Position numbers and translations under genes: made by a program. A DNA stretch of 64,000 nt, from positions 62,001 through 126,000 of the forward strand of contig LVLI01000141.1 of NCBI GenBank assembly GCA_001687465.1. The letters are read 5' to 3'. This DNA comes from Halocafeteria seosinensis. Its lineage: Eukaryota. The notes under the pieces are model-generated. The model was given only the letters and a program-made list of their open reading frames with translations, was not told the origin of the DNA and searched no databases. Shown here in pieces: positions 12,823 to 25,010 of this stretch; position 1 is the stretch's first letter, and every line of letters starts with the position of its first letter.

Positions 12823-14760
12823 ATGCCGACTAAAATCCAGCGCTGTCAGCAGACAGTGGAGGAGTATCTGCAAACACTACAGCAGCATTCGAATGGTGCT
12901 GCGCTCACTGACGACACCCGACAAAACTATGACACCATCAAGCGGGTGATAGATGATGTAGAAGGTGCATTGGGTAATGAGATATCGAAACTGAGAAGTA
13001 AAGCGGCGGAAACAGATCCGGAGAAGCGCTTTTATGGAGAGAAAGCCATTGCAAAGATCCAAGAATTAGGGAAAGCGTATGACCAATTAGTCGAAAAGAC
13101 GGAACAAGCGAAGAATGAGATACTTCCCAAGTACCAGTCGCTTATCCAAGAAGAAGACAAGCGGAAACGCGAGGAGGAAGAAGCTGCAAAACGTAAAGAG
13201 GAGGAAGAGCGACGCCAGCGTGAAGAAGCGCTACGTCAGCAGCTCCAGCGCCAGGAAGAGGAAGCAAGAAGAAAAAAAGAAGAGGTAAGAAATCAGCTGT
13301 TTCAAAGAACGAGTTCTTCGTTGTCTCCTCATGCGTTTGTATCTGTTTGAAACTCGTACTTGACTGCCAGGATGAGAAACGAAAGCAGGAGCTATCTAGA
13401 ATTGCTGAAGAACAGAAGAGAAGGCAACAACAAGAGGTGCGTATTCAACAAATACAGGTGTGAGTACCTCATTGCGGTATCATCCTTAGCACAGGCGCAA
13501 AAGAAACAAGAAGAGGAGCGGCAACGCGAAGAGCGTAGACGTAAGGAGAAGGAGCATGAGGTGCAAGCAGCCAAGCAAAAGGCTGAACAAGAAGCTAAAT
13601 CGGTAAGCTAGCAATAGAAAAACTTGAGCACTGGGGCCTAAACGTTTATCATCAGTGACGCTGGTATGTTGCTGCAGGATTATGAAGCGCGGAAACGGAA
13701 GGCTGAGGAGCTGATGAACCGGCAGAAGACCTCCAGTGCGACGCACCAAGAGGTTGGCCAATGTTCTTCGTTGTCCTCAGTTGGTCGATTCCAATTTGGG
13801 CAAGTAAATGAAGTGATGTCTGCCGAGGAATACACTCAAGCGCTAAGTGTGGCCGGACAAAAAAAGTTCGTTATGGTAACCGATTGGTATGCGCCTTGGT
13901 GTGGGCCATGCCAGTTTATATCACAATCTGTGAGCGAATTTGCTGAGAGGTTCACTGAAGTGTTATTTCTCAAGGTTAATTGTGATAATCTGCCCCAACT
14001 GGCGTCGGCTTATCAAGTGAGATCGTTTCCAACATTTTTCGTGCATGTTCGCAACCAACTGCATGTAAGCTAATTCCTTCAAACAAAAAATGTTGCACCT
14101 AGTAAGATATCCCACAAACTCTGATCGTGTTCCTGTATCCAGAAAAAATTTTCCGGGGCAAACGCGAAACAACTATATGACGAAATAGCGGAAGCAGAAG
14201 GGGTTTTGGAAGAAAATCTCTTAGCTGAAGCTGTCCAAATGAGTTTACAAGAAGAGGAAAGTTCTAAGCATGGCGAGGGCGCGTCAGCATCGGGCTCCTC
14301 GACTGCACAAGAACATGTGACTCAACTGTGGCGGTCTGACGATAGTTTTGGTCAGCGTGTACGTACATCGCTGGAGGAACTCCGCAGCAAACTGTCAACC
14401 AAGACCTTCGAAGGCACAAGCGGATTGATGCTGAGATGTATTAACAATGTGTACGACAACCCTGCTGAGCCCAAATACCGGAAAATTAAAACCACTAACA
14501 AGGCCTTTGGAGAACGTTTAGCACCGTATCCTCCTGCTTTGGATGTTTTGAAATCTGTGGGGTTTGAGGAAAAAAGTGGACACATGTGCTTCAGGATGGA
14601 TCCCTCTACTGGGGAGAAGGAGCCTCTCTCAAGAGAAGACTTGTCTAGGCTAGATAAAGCCAAGAAATTGGTCAGTGCATATAACGAAGGATGTAAATCC
14701 GATCCTTTTGCTGTATTTGAGCAATTGACAGAGGAGGAGGACAATGAGCGGAGGAAATAG
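12823..14760 (+). CDS. Coiled-coil + thioredoxin (WCGPC) + UIM-like + PUB domain protein, spliced
   Basis: Trx: DWYAPWCGPC..FLKVNCDNLPQLASAYQVRSFPTF..|KKFSGAN. UIM-like: EENLLAEAVQMSLQEE. PUB: MLRCINNVYDNPAEPKYRKIKTTNKAF..VLKSVGFEE. Confidence 0.85.
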
Positions 14761-15034
14761 GAACGGATTGGAACCCAACGTTGTTTTACTTATCCCGTGA
14801 AGTACAGTCCACATGGGAAACTATGTGGTTCTAAGACAATTGCCTTGATTCGCGTTCGGAATGGCCCCTCGCCCGCAAGCGCTGCGGGGAAGTTTACAGC
14901 CGGACAGCTGATGACCGAAAGGTACGTGTAGCGTAGATGTTCCCTCCGTTTCACGGCACGATGTTGTAAATAAACTGACGGAAAATTATTTAAAGAGTGT
15001 TCTAGTGTCGAAGCTGTCCCTTGTGTTCAGTAAC

Positions 15035-16510
15035 TCAATTCTCTGTTGCACCACCCGTAGGAAATGAATTACGGCCTTCTGTATCATACTTGCAGAGGTT
15101 ACTTCCTTTTGCTCTGAGGATTTTCACGCCACTGAGGTGCTGCTTTGCTGCTGCTGTGATGGTGTCCTGCTTACAAGAGGAAACGTGCAATTCGACGAGA
15201 TTCGATAGGTGTTGAAACGCTGCATCTGTGATACCGCTTTGGTCACATCCGTCCATCTCTAGGCACCTCAGATTTGGCAGATGGGTAAACGCGCGATCGT
15301 CAATAGTGGGCTGGTTACAGGTCTTCATTTTCAGGAATTTGAGGGAGCCTCCCAGATATCTAAAACCATCTGAAGTTATCGTTGGCTGACAACAAGCGCT
15401 CATATCCAGTGAATGGATGCCGCGAAGATAAAACAAATGTTCATCTCCGAGTGTAGCTTGGTTACACCATCTCATGTCCAAATCTCTAATGCCCTCCAGA
15501 TGCCGGAAGGCTTCACCAGTAACGGTGATTTGATTACACCACCGCATGTTGAGACGCTCTACGCCCTTCAGATGTTCGAACGCTAGATCAGTGATCGACT
15601 GTTGGCTACACTCTCGCATATCTAAATCCTTAATTCCACTCAAGTGACTGAATGCCTCATCGGAAATTTCAGTTTGCTGGCAACGACTCATCCTCAAGGT
15701 GTGGATACCTCGCAAGTGCTGGAATGCGTTATCCGTGATGGTAAACTGGGAGCAGCCACTAATATCAAGCGACGTTACATTTCGGAGGTGAGAGAAAGCG
15801 TCATCAGTTATCGTAGTCTGCCAGCACCGCCTCATCCTGAGTTCTCTAATATTGCTCATATGTACAAACGCATTATCACTTATCGTTCTCTGATCGCAAG
15901 CGCTTATATCGAGGGCATATAGGTTAGATAAGTTACAGAAAGCTGAGTTACTTATACTGTCCTGTTTGCATCCGCTCAGCCATAGGTGTCGACATCCCTT
16001 TAGAGTCTGAATGGCTTCGTTCGTAATTCCTAATTGGGTACACCATCTCATATCCACCGTTTCCACATTTCCTAAGTGCTTGAATGCTGCATCTGTTAGA
16101 CTCGTGCACAAAGGGGAGAGTTTCACGAAGCTGACCCCCTGAAGGTATCTAATATCTGTATCTCCCAGGTCTTGCCCCTTGCAAAAGTGACAACCTTTAA
16201 AATTCGGGTACTTCTGAGTCCATTCCTTCATCTCGGTTCTCGAAGAGTGGATCAGAATTGTTCGGTTCCATGAGAGGGTATGAGGAAGCTCGCGAATTAC
16301 TGGCACTTCATGCTCTACTACTCTGCTCCATTCGTCGATTTGATTCTCATCAGTAGACTTGTTACCCTCCCCGACATGCGGCCGAGGAAGCGGCTCGCCG
16401 CGAAAGTCTGTTGGTTGCTTGTAATTCCGACTGTACCAATGTAAGAACGCAGTGAAGACCTCATGTCTCCTTGAGTGTTTTTGCTCTGCCTCTTGCTTAT
16501 GTTCCACCAT
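15035..16510 (-). CDS. Intronless leucine-rich-repeat protein (25-aa cysteine-containing repeats)
   Basis: 491-aa ORF with about 14 repeats of consensus ITDxAFxHLxGIxxLxMxxCxQxT. Confidence 0.85.
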   Translation of the reverse strand: MVEHKQEAEQKHSRRHEVFTAFLHWYSRNYKQPTDFRGEPLPRPHVGEGNKSTDENQIDEWSRVVEHEVPVIRELPHTLSWNRTILIHSSRTEMKEWTQKYPNFKGCHFCKGQDLGDTDIRYLQGVSFVKLSPLCTSLTDAAFKHLGNVETVDMRWCTQLGITNEAIQTLKGCRHLWLSGCKQDSISNSAFCNLSNLYALDISACDQRTISDNAFVHMSNIRELRMRRCWQTTITDDAFSHLRNVTSLDISGCSQFTITDNAFQHLRGIHTLRMSRCQQTEISDEAFSHLSGIKDLDMRECSQQSITDLAFEHLKGVERLNMRWCNQITVTGEAFRHLEGIRDLDMRWCNQATLGDEHLFYLRGIHSLDMSACCQPTITSDGFRYLGGSLKFLKMKTCNQPTIDDRAFTHLPNLRCLEMDGCDQSGITDAAFQHLSNLVELHVSSCKQDTITAAAKQHLSGVKILRAKGSNLCKYDTEGRNSFPTGGATEN

Positions 16511-16521
16511 CGAGCTCGGAA

Positions 16522-16540
16522 GGCAGCTTGCTGACGTCAG
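16522..16540. promoter_or_regulatory. CRE-like TGACGTCA palindrome (also at 25901-25908 and 31084-31091)
   Basis: All three copies lie in 5' intergenic regions; two share the extended context ggcagc(t)tgctgacgtcag. Confidence 0.4.
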
Positions 16541-17082
16541 GTGGCAGATCGCTTCCAGAACAAGTTCCGAAGACAGAATAGGTCAAATTGTTGCTGCCAA
16601 ATCAATCACTCTAGCTATTCATGCAAAATGACAGGACTGTGAGACAAGCAATCTTAACCAGGACAGACTAGTGATTGCTCTGCTGCACGACGCCCTTAAG
16701 GCGTATACCGGTAGCTTCCAGGTGGCCACCTACCTTCACAAACCCACTAATCTGCCACAGTGTTGCACGTCGCTGATTATGCGCTTCCAAACAAAGATTA
16801 ATCTCCCCCTGGGATGGAGAGCAGTAAGAAAGTCTTGCCCTTTCCACTAAGACGATGAACGATATGCAGACTGTTGTATGTACTGCTTCTCGAGACTCTC
16901 GACATTTACCTTGAAGCAGCTTCAACTTCAACTTCTTGGACAGAGTAATTAACTACTGTGTCGTCTAGCAATGTGGTCTTGTCGCTTCAGTCAGAGGTTA
17001 CTTTGTGGACGGCAGCTCAATATGATATTTCTTTTTTCACGTTTATGCTCAGTATCAGTTCTTCGCTAAGTGAGGGAACACA

Positions 17083-18078
17083 ATGAGTTCGTTGGCGGCG
17101 GCGCAAGCCGATGGGTATTATTACCCTCCAGGATGGGACCCTAGCAAAGGGTCCCTCAACAAGTATAATAAGTCCCACCCATTACGTGAAAGGGCCAGGA
17201 AAATCGACCAGGGGATCATTATCGTTCGGTTCGAGATGCCGTATAACTCGTTCTGCGAAGGATGTGGACGACATATAGCCATGGGTGTCCGGTTCAACGC
17301 TGAAAAGAAGACTATTGACCATTATTTTACCACTCCCATCCTCGAATTTTCGATGAAATGTCCCTCGTGTGATCAAAGGATGATGATGAAAACCGATCCG
17401 AAGAATGCTGAGTACGTATGTGTCTCTGGTATTCGGAAGAAAGTGGAAACGTATGAAGCATCTTCGGCTGAAACTGTGGAATTGAAAGACAACGAGACAG
17501 CACAGAAACTAGAGAGTGATCCTTTATTTCGTTTGGAGTATAAAGAAAAGGACAAGGCAAAAGCGAGGTCCCGAGAAGCAGATATCGCCGACGCTATGGA
17601 AATGCAAAAGACGCTCAAGGATGATTTCGGAGCAAATTCTACGTTGCGTCGGCAAATGAGGCAGCGAAAACACCAGCTTCGGGAGGAGCAAGAGCAGGGC
17701 AAAAAGAGGGGGCTGGTAGTACCACTCGAACCAGCACAAGACCTGGACTACAAACAAGCGTCCTCGGTTCACTTTGCAAAGGACGATGAAGACCGGAGGT
17801 ATTCGAAAGCCGCCAAGAGGCAGCGCCAAAGGGTATTATCCCGTTCAATATTGCCCACGTCTACAGGGAAGCATGGGGAAAACCACCGAAAGTATGTGCG
17901 TGTGAGAGATTCTGCCACGCCTCCGTTGGCGACCAAGACCAGAAATCCTTCAGTAAAGCAGACGACATCCTCCGAAAAACAGGAAGAGGTGGAAAGAGCT
18001 CCCCCCGCTGAAGAAGATTCCCAATGTAGTCCCGCTCTCTCTGCCATCGCGGGTTACAGCAGTGAAAGTGACGCTTAA
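17083..18078 (+). CDS. YJU2B: CWC16/YJU2B (CCDC130) splicing-factor family protein
   Basis: MSSLAAAQADGYYYPPGWDP..HPLRERARK..IIVRFEMPYNSFCEGC..GVRFNAEKK..MKCPSC..KTDPKNAEY. Intronless, 331 aa. Confidence 0.92.
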   Translation: MSSLAAAQADGYYYPPGWDPSKGSLNKYNKSHPLRERARKIDQGIIIVRFEMPYNSFCEGCGRHIAMGVRFNAEKKTIDHYFTTPILEFSMKCPSCDQRMMMKTDPKNAEYVCVSGIRKKVETYEASSAETVELKDNETAQKLESDPLFRLEYKEKDKAKARSREADIADAMEMQKTLKDDFGANSTLRRQMRQRKHQLREEQEQGKKRGLVVPLEPAQDLDYKQASSVHFAKDDEDRRYSKAAKRQRQRVLSRSILPTSTGKHGENHRKYVRVRDSATPPLATKTRNPSVKQTTSSEKQEEVERAPPAEEDSQCSPALSAIAGYSSESDA

Positions 18079-18346
18079 GTTCCTCGAGTCAGTATTAATT
18101 TCCGGAGCTGCTGTTTGTCAAGGGAGCATATGTGCATTGGGCTGATGTTTGCGCCTACCAACTGTCTAGAGGGGTGGGCATCTCCGTAATAATCTACAAA
18201 ATGCCGGCTTGTGATGTGATAATACCTAGCAGTAGAAACTTGTTGGAGTGTATTGCTGGGGCTTCCGTGTGCGTTTAGCTTTGGACTGATTCGCCGCTAA
18301 ACAACATGTCGGGAAACAAAGCGTCGGAAGAAGGAGATTTCCCACC

Positions 18347-21300
18347 TTACTTGTACAATCTCTTGAGCATCTTTCCCGATGATTTATCACGAAAGAGTTG
18401 AGGATGCGCATGGCTTAGGAACGCAAGGCTAGTCCGAAGCTCATTGTCTGGTACCTGCTCTAGATTGACGGGTGGGAGCTTCGTGACACTCTTGGAGTTT
18501 GCACTTGCTCCTTTCTTCAACGTTCTTCTCTGCCTGTAGTTCTTTTTGGAGAGACTCCGCTCTTGGTCAGCTTCGTCAAAAGATGAAAGAGAGGATAGAG
18601 AGCGCTTGAGAGAAACGAACGAGGGGTTTTCTTCTGCTTCCTCATCTTCACTGTCTCGTTCCTTTGCCCGTTCTTCATACATGTGCAACGCCTCGAAGTA
18701 GGTCCCCTGGATGTTCCCAAGGAGTTTCTGTACAGGCGTGTCCGGGCCGTTTCCCGTTTTTGGCTTAACATTTTCCACAGTCTCGGTGGGTTCTACTCCT
18801 TCTCGCTTGGCTTCCGTAAATGCTGCATTCCGTCTTGCTTTTGTCCTTTCCTCCACGGTTTCATTCCAATAATCGTTTCCTAACTGTTTGGAACGCGATG
18901 TATCCGTCCTCTGGAACGCAACTGGTGCAGTATTACTCCTCGCCCCACCACCTGCCTCAGGCTTCTCAGCTGTCCTTGGCGGAGTGTACAACTTTTCCGG
19001 CGACGACTCTGTCGACTGGGATGAGGGAGATGTTGCTGAATGGATGTCAACTTGCGAAAAGTTGCCACCTTGGATTTCCAAGGGTGCTAATTGCTTCTGC
19101 TCTGAAGTCTGCTTTCTGGATCCTTCACGGTCTCGCTCTTCCTGGCGTTTTTCCTCTGTCTTCCTCATAGCGTCTAGAATGTCCCCAGGTTGGGACTCCA
19201 TACTCGCCCTACGTGACCTGGTAGCTTCAGCGTACTCTAAACTTTGTTGCAATTTCTCCATGTGCTCTTGGACGGAAGACCGACGACGACTGCGGCGTCC
19301 TTCCTCAGCGTGCTTGGTTTGACGGCCCTCCTCAGCGTGCTCGGTTTGACGGACGTACGGCTGGTCCTTGAAGGCAACATTTTCGGGAGGAAGAGGTTCG
19401 CCAGATTGCATAGCGGATTCTTCACTCGTATCGTAACCGTACGTCTTCCTTTCAGGCTTCTTGCGCACCACAACTCCTTGTAAGTCTGTGGGAATATATG
19501 TAGCACTTTTCAGAGCATCGCTGTAAGCTTCTGATTGCTTCTGGCGATGGCTTCGTTCACGGCCCTTTTGGCGAGCAGTCTCTCCATCCAAAGTAGACCT
19601 GGCTGTCCTGTGTGTACTCCCTTTCTCCGAGAAAGCGGCCCCCTCGCTTCGCTCGCCATCCCAGCCACGGAAGTAACGGTAAATATCGGGATGATCCCGA
19701 TTTGAACTCTTTGCCTCTTGTTCCTGAGCCCTTGCTTTCTCCTTTCTCTCATCCTCCTTAATTTGGCGATCAACTTCCACGTCGTACTTGTGAAAGAGGC
19801 GATCCCATTTATGCTGCAAGCGGTCCCTAAATGCCCGTTGCAGTGCAACCACTGCAGCCTCTAATTTTGAGCCTCCCGAGAGCCTGCTCAGTTCAATATA
19901 CACCTCGCGCTTGTTCATACGAGACCAAACATGAGGGCTAACAGTAGCTTTCAGGGACATAACCCTTGATTCCGTTTCGGACTCAAGTATGTTACGCTGG
20001 TACTCTGTGAGGTTATTCTGCGGATCTAGAGCATGTGCGAACTGACCAGCGAGACTTTTCTTCTTAACTTTGGAAGCGCTTGGCCCGGTCTTCTTTTGTT
20101 GCTCGAAATCAAACGTCGAAAGAGCACTTTTCTTCGACGGACTGTTTACCACGTTTTCATTATAAGACCGCTCAACCCTGTCGACGACATTCGAATTTCG
20201 TTTCTGGATCTCTTCAAGTAGCTCAGGCTCCCGCTTCGACAGTTCCCGCCGAAACCGAGGATACTCGTTGACCAGTTTGCCACCTGCACAAGCAAACATT
20301 AGTCACACAATACTAGATGCAATCTTACGACAGCAAAAGGGAACATACACTTCTTCAACCATTCTTGCTGTTGCATAGCCCCCAACTGTGTGCTCGCAAT
20401 ATTCATAAGCATCGCAAACGCAGCTGTCGTGCTAAAAGAAGCCCAGCTGCTATGTATCATAGTTGTTACACCACGACGCTCCAATTGAGACGCCATTCCC
20501 TCCCCCTCACTTTCTTGTTCGGGTGTCCGTGCAGTACCCTCTTGCGCAGATGTACCATCATCAGAAGATCCCGTCTTCGCAGTGGTGACTTTGGAGGCCG
20601 CATTTTTCTGGAGCGTGGCGTGTCCTGAAGCTGTGGAGCAAAGATGCACACGCCACATACCCGCGCTGCTCACTCGAGGTTGGGAGAACATGTTCTCTCT
20701 TCCAGTCATATTGAGGGATAATGAGCGGAACATGCTCGAATGAGCAACGGACTGATCAATTGAGGAGTTTCTACTTTTTCCCGAGGACATGTCCGCAGAC
20801 TGCTGGCTGTTTTTATGTTTCTGCTTTCTCAACTTTCGATTCAGCCATTTATTTTGCTTAGTTGAGGAATCATCAGCGATACGAACACGGCGACTAAGAA
20901 GCCCAAGCCTCTCAGTACTCTTTCCGTGTCCCCCGGCATCCTCTGTTTGGTTTTGACTGGTCCGTTGTTTCTTTCCCGAAAGCAGATCTGAAAAGAATTG
21001 TTGCTGTTCTAGGCCAAATACTTTAGCGACCCGCTCCGAAAGCATTTGACGCTTTCCAGCAACCTGCTTACCGTTTACTATTCCTTGGACACCAACGCCC
21101 GAAGATGACCGCAAGTTCTCCGGCAAATCGCAAACAGCTACGGCATCACTGGCGAAACCATCAGTGACTTTTCTTCGATAGCCGGCTTCATCGTCATCGT
21201 CACTGGAGCTTCTGGGAGAATGGCTGCCAGATTCAGCTCCCTCTCGAAACATAGATTTTAATTGCTTTAACTCCGAACGCTGCTTTTGTTTTTCTTGTTT

Positions 21301-23658
21301 AGCTTGCTGCTGTTCCGCCAAGTCCCGCTCTCGTAACGTCGAAGCGCTGGGTTCTGTTTTGACCTGAGCATCGAGCCCTCTTAAATCGGTCACAACGAGG
21401 TGGCCAAAGTCTTGGTTAAGCGAGATGAACGATCCATTCGCCAGTAAGTCTTGGGATCCAATCATTGAATCCAGCCAGTGGTCTGAGCTCTGTTGTTCAC
21501 CCCCTTCCTGTTTCTGATCTTCATCGTCTGCCGCTGCTTCGGCAGTACCCGCTTTAGCAGACGCATGAATCCTCAGTGTCCAATTGTATAGATATTGCCT
21601 CGTCTGCTGCGTAGCGGGCTGCGTAGGAATAGCTGCAGGCCTCCAGGTGGCCGAAGTTCCATCCGACGGATTGCACACTTGGTTGTTGTTTCTCTTCGCT
21701 TTTATATTATGATATTCTTCTAAAAGTTTGCGTTTTAGGTTGGATCCCTCTACACCTGCTGCTTCTTCTTCGTCTTCAGCATAATGCAAATTGATGGCAG
21801 CCTGCAATTCATCTACTGCTTGTAGAACTGTCATCGAGCCTTCTATATCATCTGTGAGGGTAGGCCACTTGGAGGGATCCGACAGGCTTCTCAAGAAATT
21901 TGTTACCTCATCGGACTCATCTTCTGTAAGGTTTTCACTCTCGAAAATCTCCTTTTCTAACTTCGCAACTACTTCTGTCACGCTTGGTGGATCCCGTGAA
22001 GGAATAGAGTTTGTAACTTTAGTGCGGTATTCTTCGATGCTCTTTAGTAACTTATCAATCCGCGAATTATACGTCTCAGCTGATTCTGTTCTGCCGGCTG
22101 TAAGCTTTGAGCCTAAAACCCAGTTATTGGCGACCTGCAGACAAACCCTGTCCCCTTCTTTGATGCGTCCTTCATCTCCCGGCCAATCAGCGTTTGTTAC
22201 TCTAAATGTCGTGTACTGGTTGGGAACCTTCTTCGCGGGACGTGGAGCATCCACAGTCACAAACGATTCAACCTCACTGAGCCGGTATTCATTTTTAGTA
22301 GTTGTGTTTGATCCTATGGAAGTTCTTCTTTCGTCCGGATAGTCCTCCGTTCTCATTTGAAGCTGTTTGGGTGGCTTGCGTACACAAAGGAATCCACCCG
22401 TAGGCGCTTCAAGAGCAATCAGAGAACCGTACAGAATCCGCGATCCAGCTAGCGCTGTAGTGACGTTTGTTTTCCGTCTTCGTTTCGCTTCCATATCTCG
22501 CTTCAATTTGTCCAAAGTTGCATTTTCCATCTTGTTTCCTTCACTGTCCTCCATGGCGTCGAGATTCTCAAGCTCCGACAGCATTTCTTCCTTACGATTT
22601 TGTGCTTCTGTTTCGTCGGCAAAACTACCAGTGTACTGTTGCAGAAGGGATCTAGCAATTCCCGAAGCATCGGCAAACTGCCTTTGCTTTTCTTCTCCCG
22701 ATGATCGGCCACTCGAAGCGCTCGATCTCCTTCGTTTATTAACATCCAAATTTTCGGCATAGCTCGGCATGTGGATATCTTCCATGTTACCTCCTTCTCC
22801 GTACTTCATGTCCAGCATTTGTTGGCTGGCACTGCCTCGTCGACCATGTTGACCCATCCCAGCAGGCTTCGAGCGGTTGCCACGGAGAGCATTGAGATAG
22901 TCTTGTGCCAACCGTTGAGCGCTGATTTGGTTAACTATCTTCAAATGCTTCGAAGAAATGCTGTTCGTCTCTTTCTTCTCCAGTCTAGAAGCACTGGTAC
23001 TACTATCTGTAAAGTCTTTTGGCAATTGTGGCAGCACTCCAGAGGATGTCAGTTTTTCTATGTCACCAGCACGGATACTCTTGCTAGCCGACAAACGACG
23101 GGGTCCTCTTCTCGAGCCACCTCGTGAATGTGGTGACTTTGGTGACCCTTCTGCATGCTGCGGTGATCTAGGTTGATAAGACTCGCCATCCTCTCCATCA
23201 GTGTCATCCTTGAACGCACTGAACGTGGTCGATGCTTTTCCGGATTGTGAAAAGACCTGTCACACACAATGGGCAGACAATGATGAGAATGGTGAAACAC
23301 CGTAAAAAGTGCAATAAGTTCATAAGGAGACACATACATGCGACGATGGCGTGGGGACTGTATTGCCGGCGCGAGCATGCTTCGAGAAGGCGTTGGATGA
23401 TTTGGCGTACTCCACTACGAATGAGCTCTGGGGACTATGCAAGAGATTCTGCGAAGCAGATGGATACGGCGTGATCGCATTGTAATTTCTCTCTGTCCCC
23501 TCGTCTTCCTCCTCATCATCGTCGGTATTAAGTAGGGATAACTTTTTTAGGCTAATCTTGCTCGTCTCACGCTGTTTCCCTGTTTCATTATCACCACTAC
23601 CTCCCGTCTTCAGTTTTTCTTTCAAATGTTTTGCATACGGTTTTGAGTTCTTGCTCAT
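18347..23658 (-). CDS. Large (~1,700 aa) hypothetical protein, mostly low-complexity, with an IQ-like motif and dispersed beta-strand blocks
   Basis: ORFs 23320-23670, 20299-23094 and 18347-20299 join in frame through GTATGT..CAG introns near 23257-23337 and 20284-20348. IQ-like AAVVALQRAFRDRL near 19820-19860. Confidence 0.75.
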
Positions 23659-24536
23659 CTTTGACAACACAAAGAGTCAATGAGAACCACCGAAGGAGTT
23701 CCAATGGCACAGTTTGCAGTCTACTCGAGTGCCACCGAGATAGTTCCAGGGGTTTGTCGCACCTTGACCGATAGAGTTAACAACCGAAAGCCCTGTCCCT
23801 CAAAATGAGAGATTCCTTATTGGCGGTTTCCAATCTCGTTGCAGTGCAGTCGCGCCAACGTTTATGGGCTTGGAAACCTTCAGCGACGTGCGATATGCAT
23901 GTCGTCGCTGGCAATTTCTTCAACCTGTGCTGTTCATTCCCCCTCCCAGCTGTGGCCGGATTGCGATGACAGTGATATGATGCAGAAGGAATGAATATAA
24001 ATTGTTTCGAGGGAACGTCGCAATGGCAGCAAACAAGTTGGAACAACCTCGGGCTTCTATGTCATGAGGAATCCGTTTTCGCGCGTTCCCAGCTCTTTGC
24101 GACTGCAGTTGCGACGGCCTTCAAGGCTTCAACGCAGGAAAATTGTCACGTCATGGATCTCCGGTGGGAGATTCTCCACAACCATGAGCAGAGGAGGGAG
24201 CATGATATCCCTTTTGAACTCAATGGAGGGTAGGAATAAAGTGGAAAATGCATTTTATCCTAATTGAGCCGCGTTTGTAGACGATTGCTCCTAGAACCCT
24301 TGCGTTTCTTAGGCGCAAACTTCTACACAGGGAAAACCACAGGGAACAAAAATATTATCAGAACCATAGGTTGGAAATTGTACGCAGAAGAATATAGATA
24401 GTTTTGTGACATTATCGTTCACCGATTACCACTCCTCGTTCGTTGACGGTGGAGTGGTTTCGGCCTTGCCTCATACCAGAACAGCTTCACCGCTTCCAAC
24501 AACATGCTCGGAAATTGATGTCGTCTATACTGATGA

Positions 24537-25010
24537 TCAACGTTTTCCTTTATGGGACTTCTCTACGGGAACACTTTTCTGTTTTCCGTGCTTGAGCAAT
24601 GATGTATCGTCATCGTCGTCAGCATCAGCATCCACTTCACTACTATCGCAATGGAGTGAGGTGTTACCTTGAATATCGGGAGCAGACCAAACCCGAGGCA
24701 TCCTAACTGTCTGTTCTTTGCTTTGCTCGTTATCTCCATGCTTCTGAACCCTAGCGTTTTTCGAGGCAGCATCCCACTGCTCCATGTTCTGAGGCTCGAT
24801 TTCGAACATTTCATCGACTTCCTTCAGAGAGCCTCCTCTGTCTGAGTGACGGGGAGATCCAATTGTGTTACTGCGGCTTCTTGTTTCCCCATGTTTCTCT
24901 GATTGTGGCTTTCTCCATCCAAGCCGCTCCCGGAAGCTTCGTCCCAAGTTCACAATATCTTCCTTCATCAACCTCAGCACTGTGCGATGAACTCGAGCTG
25001 AGGTGGACAT
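24537..25010 (-). CDS. Small hypothetical hydrophilic protein
   Basis: 157-aa ATG-initiated ORF with protein-like composition; no family recognised. Confidence 0.45.
   Translation of the reverse strand: MSTSARVHRTVLRLMKEDIVNLGRSFRERLGWRKPQSEKHGETRSRSNTIGSPRHSDRGGSLKEVDEMFEIEPQNMEQWDAASKNARVQKHGDNEQSKEQTVRMPRVWSAPDIQGNTSLHCDSSEVDADADDDDDTSLLKHGKQKSVPVEKSHKGKR

Noticed and set aside
14900..14960. Hammerhead ribozyme (CTGATGA..GAAA), HDV-like ribozyme or SECIS element
   Set aside because: Hammerhead stem I cannot be formed, the HDV pseudoknot lacks P1/P1.1, SECIS spacing is wrong, and the upstream gene has no in-frame TGA.
23881..23910. Isolated hairpin cagcgacg..cgtcgctg
   Set aside because: A single short stem with no supporting motif; expected by chance in 64 kb.
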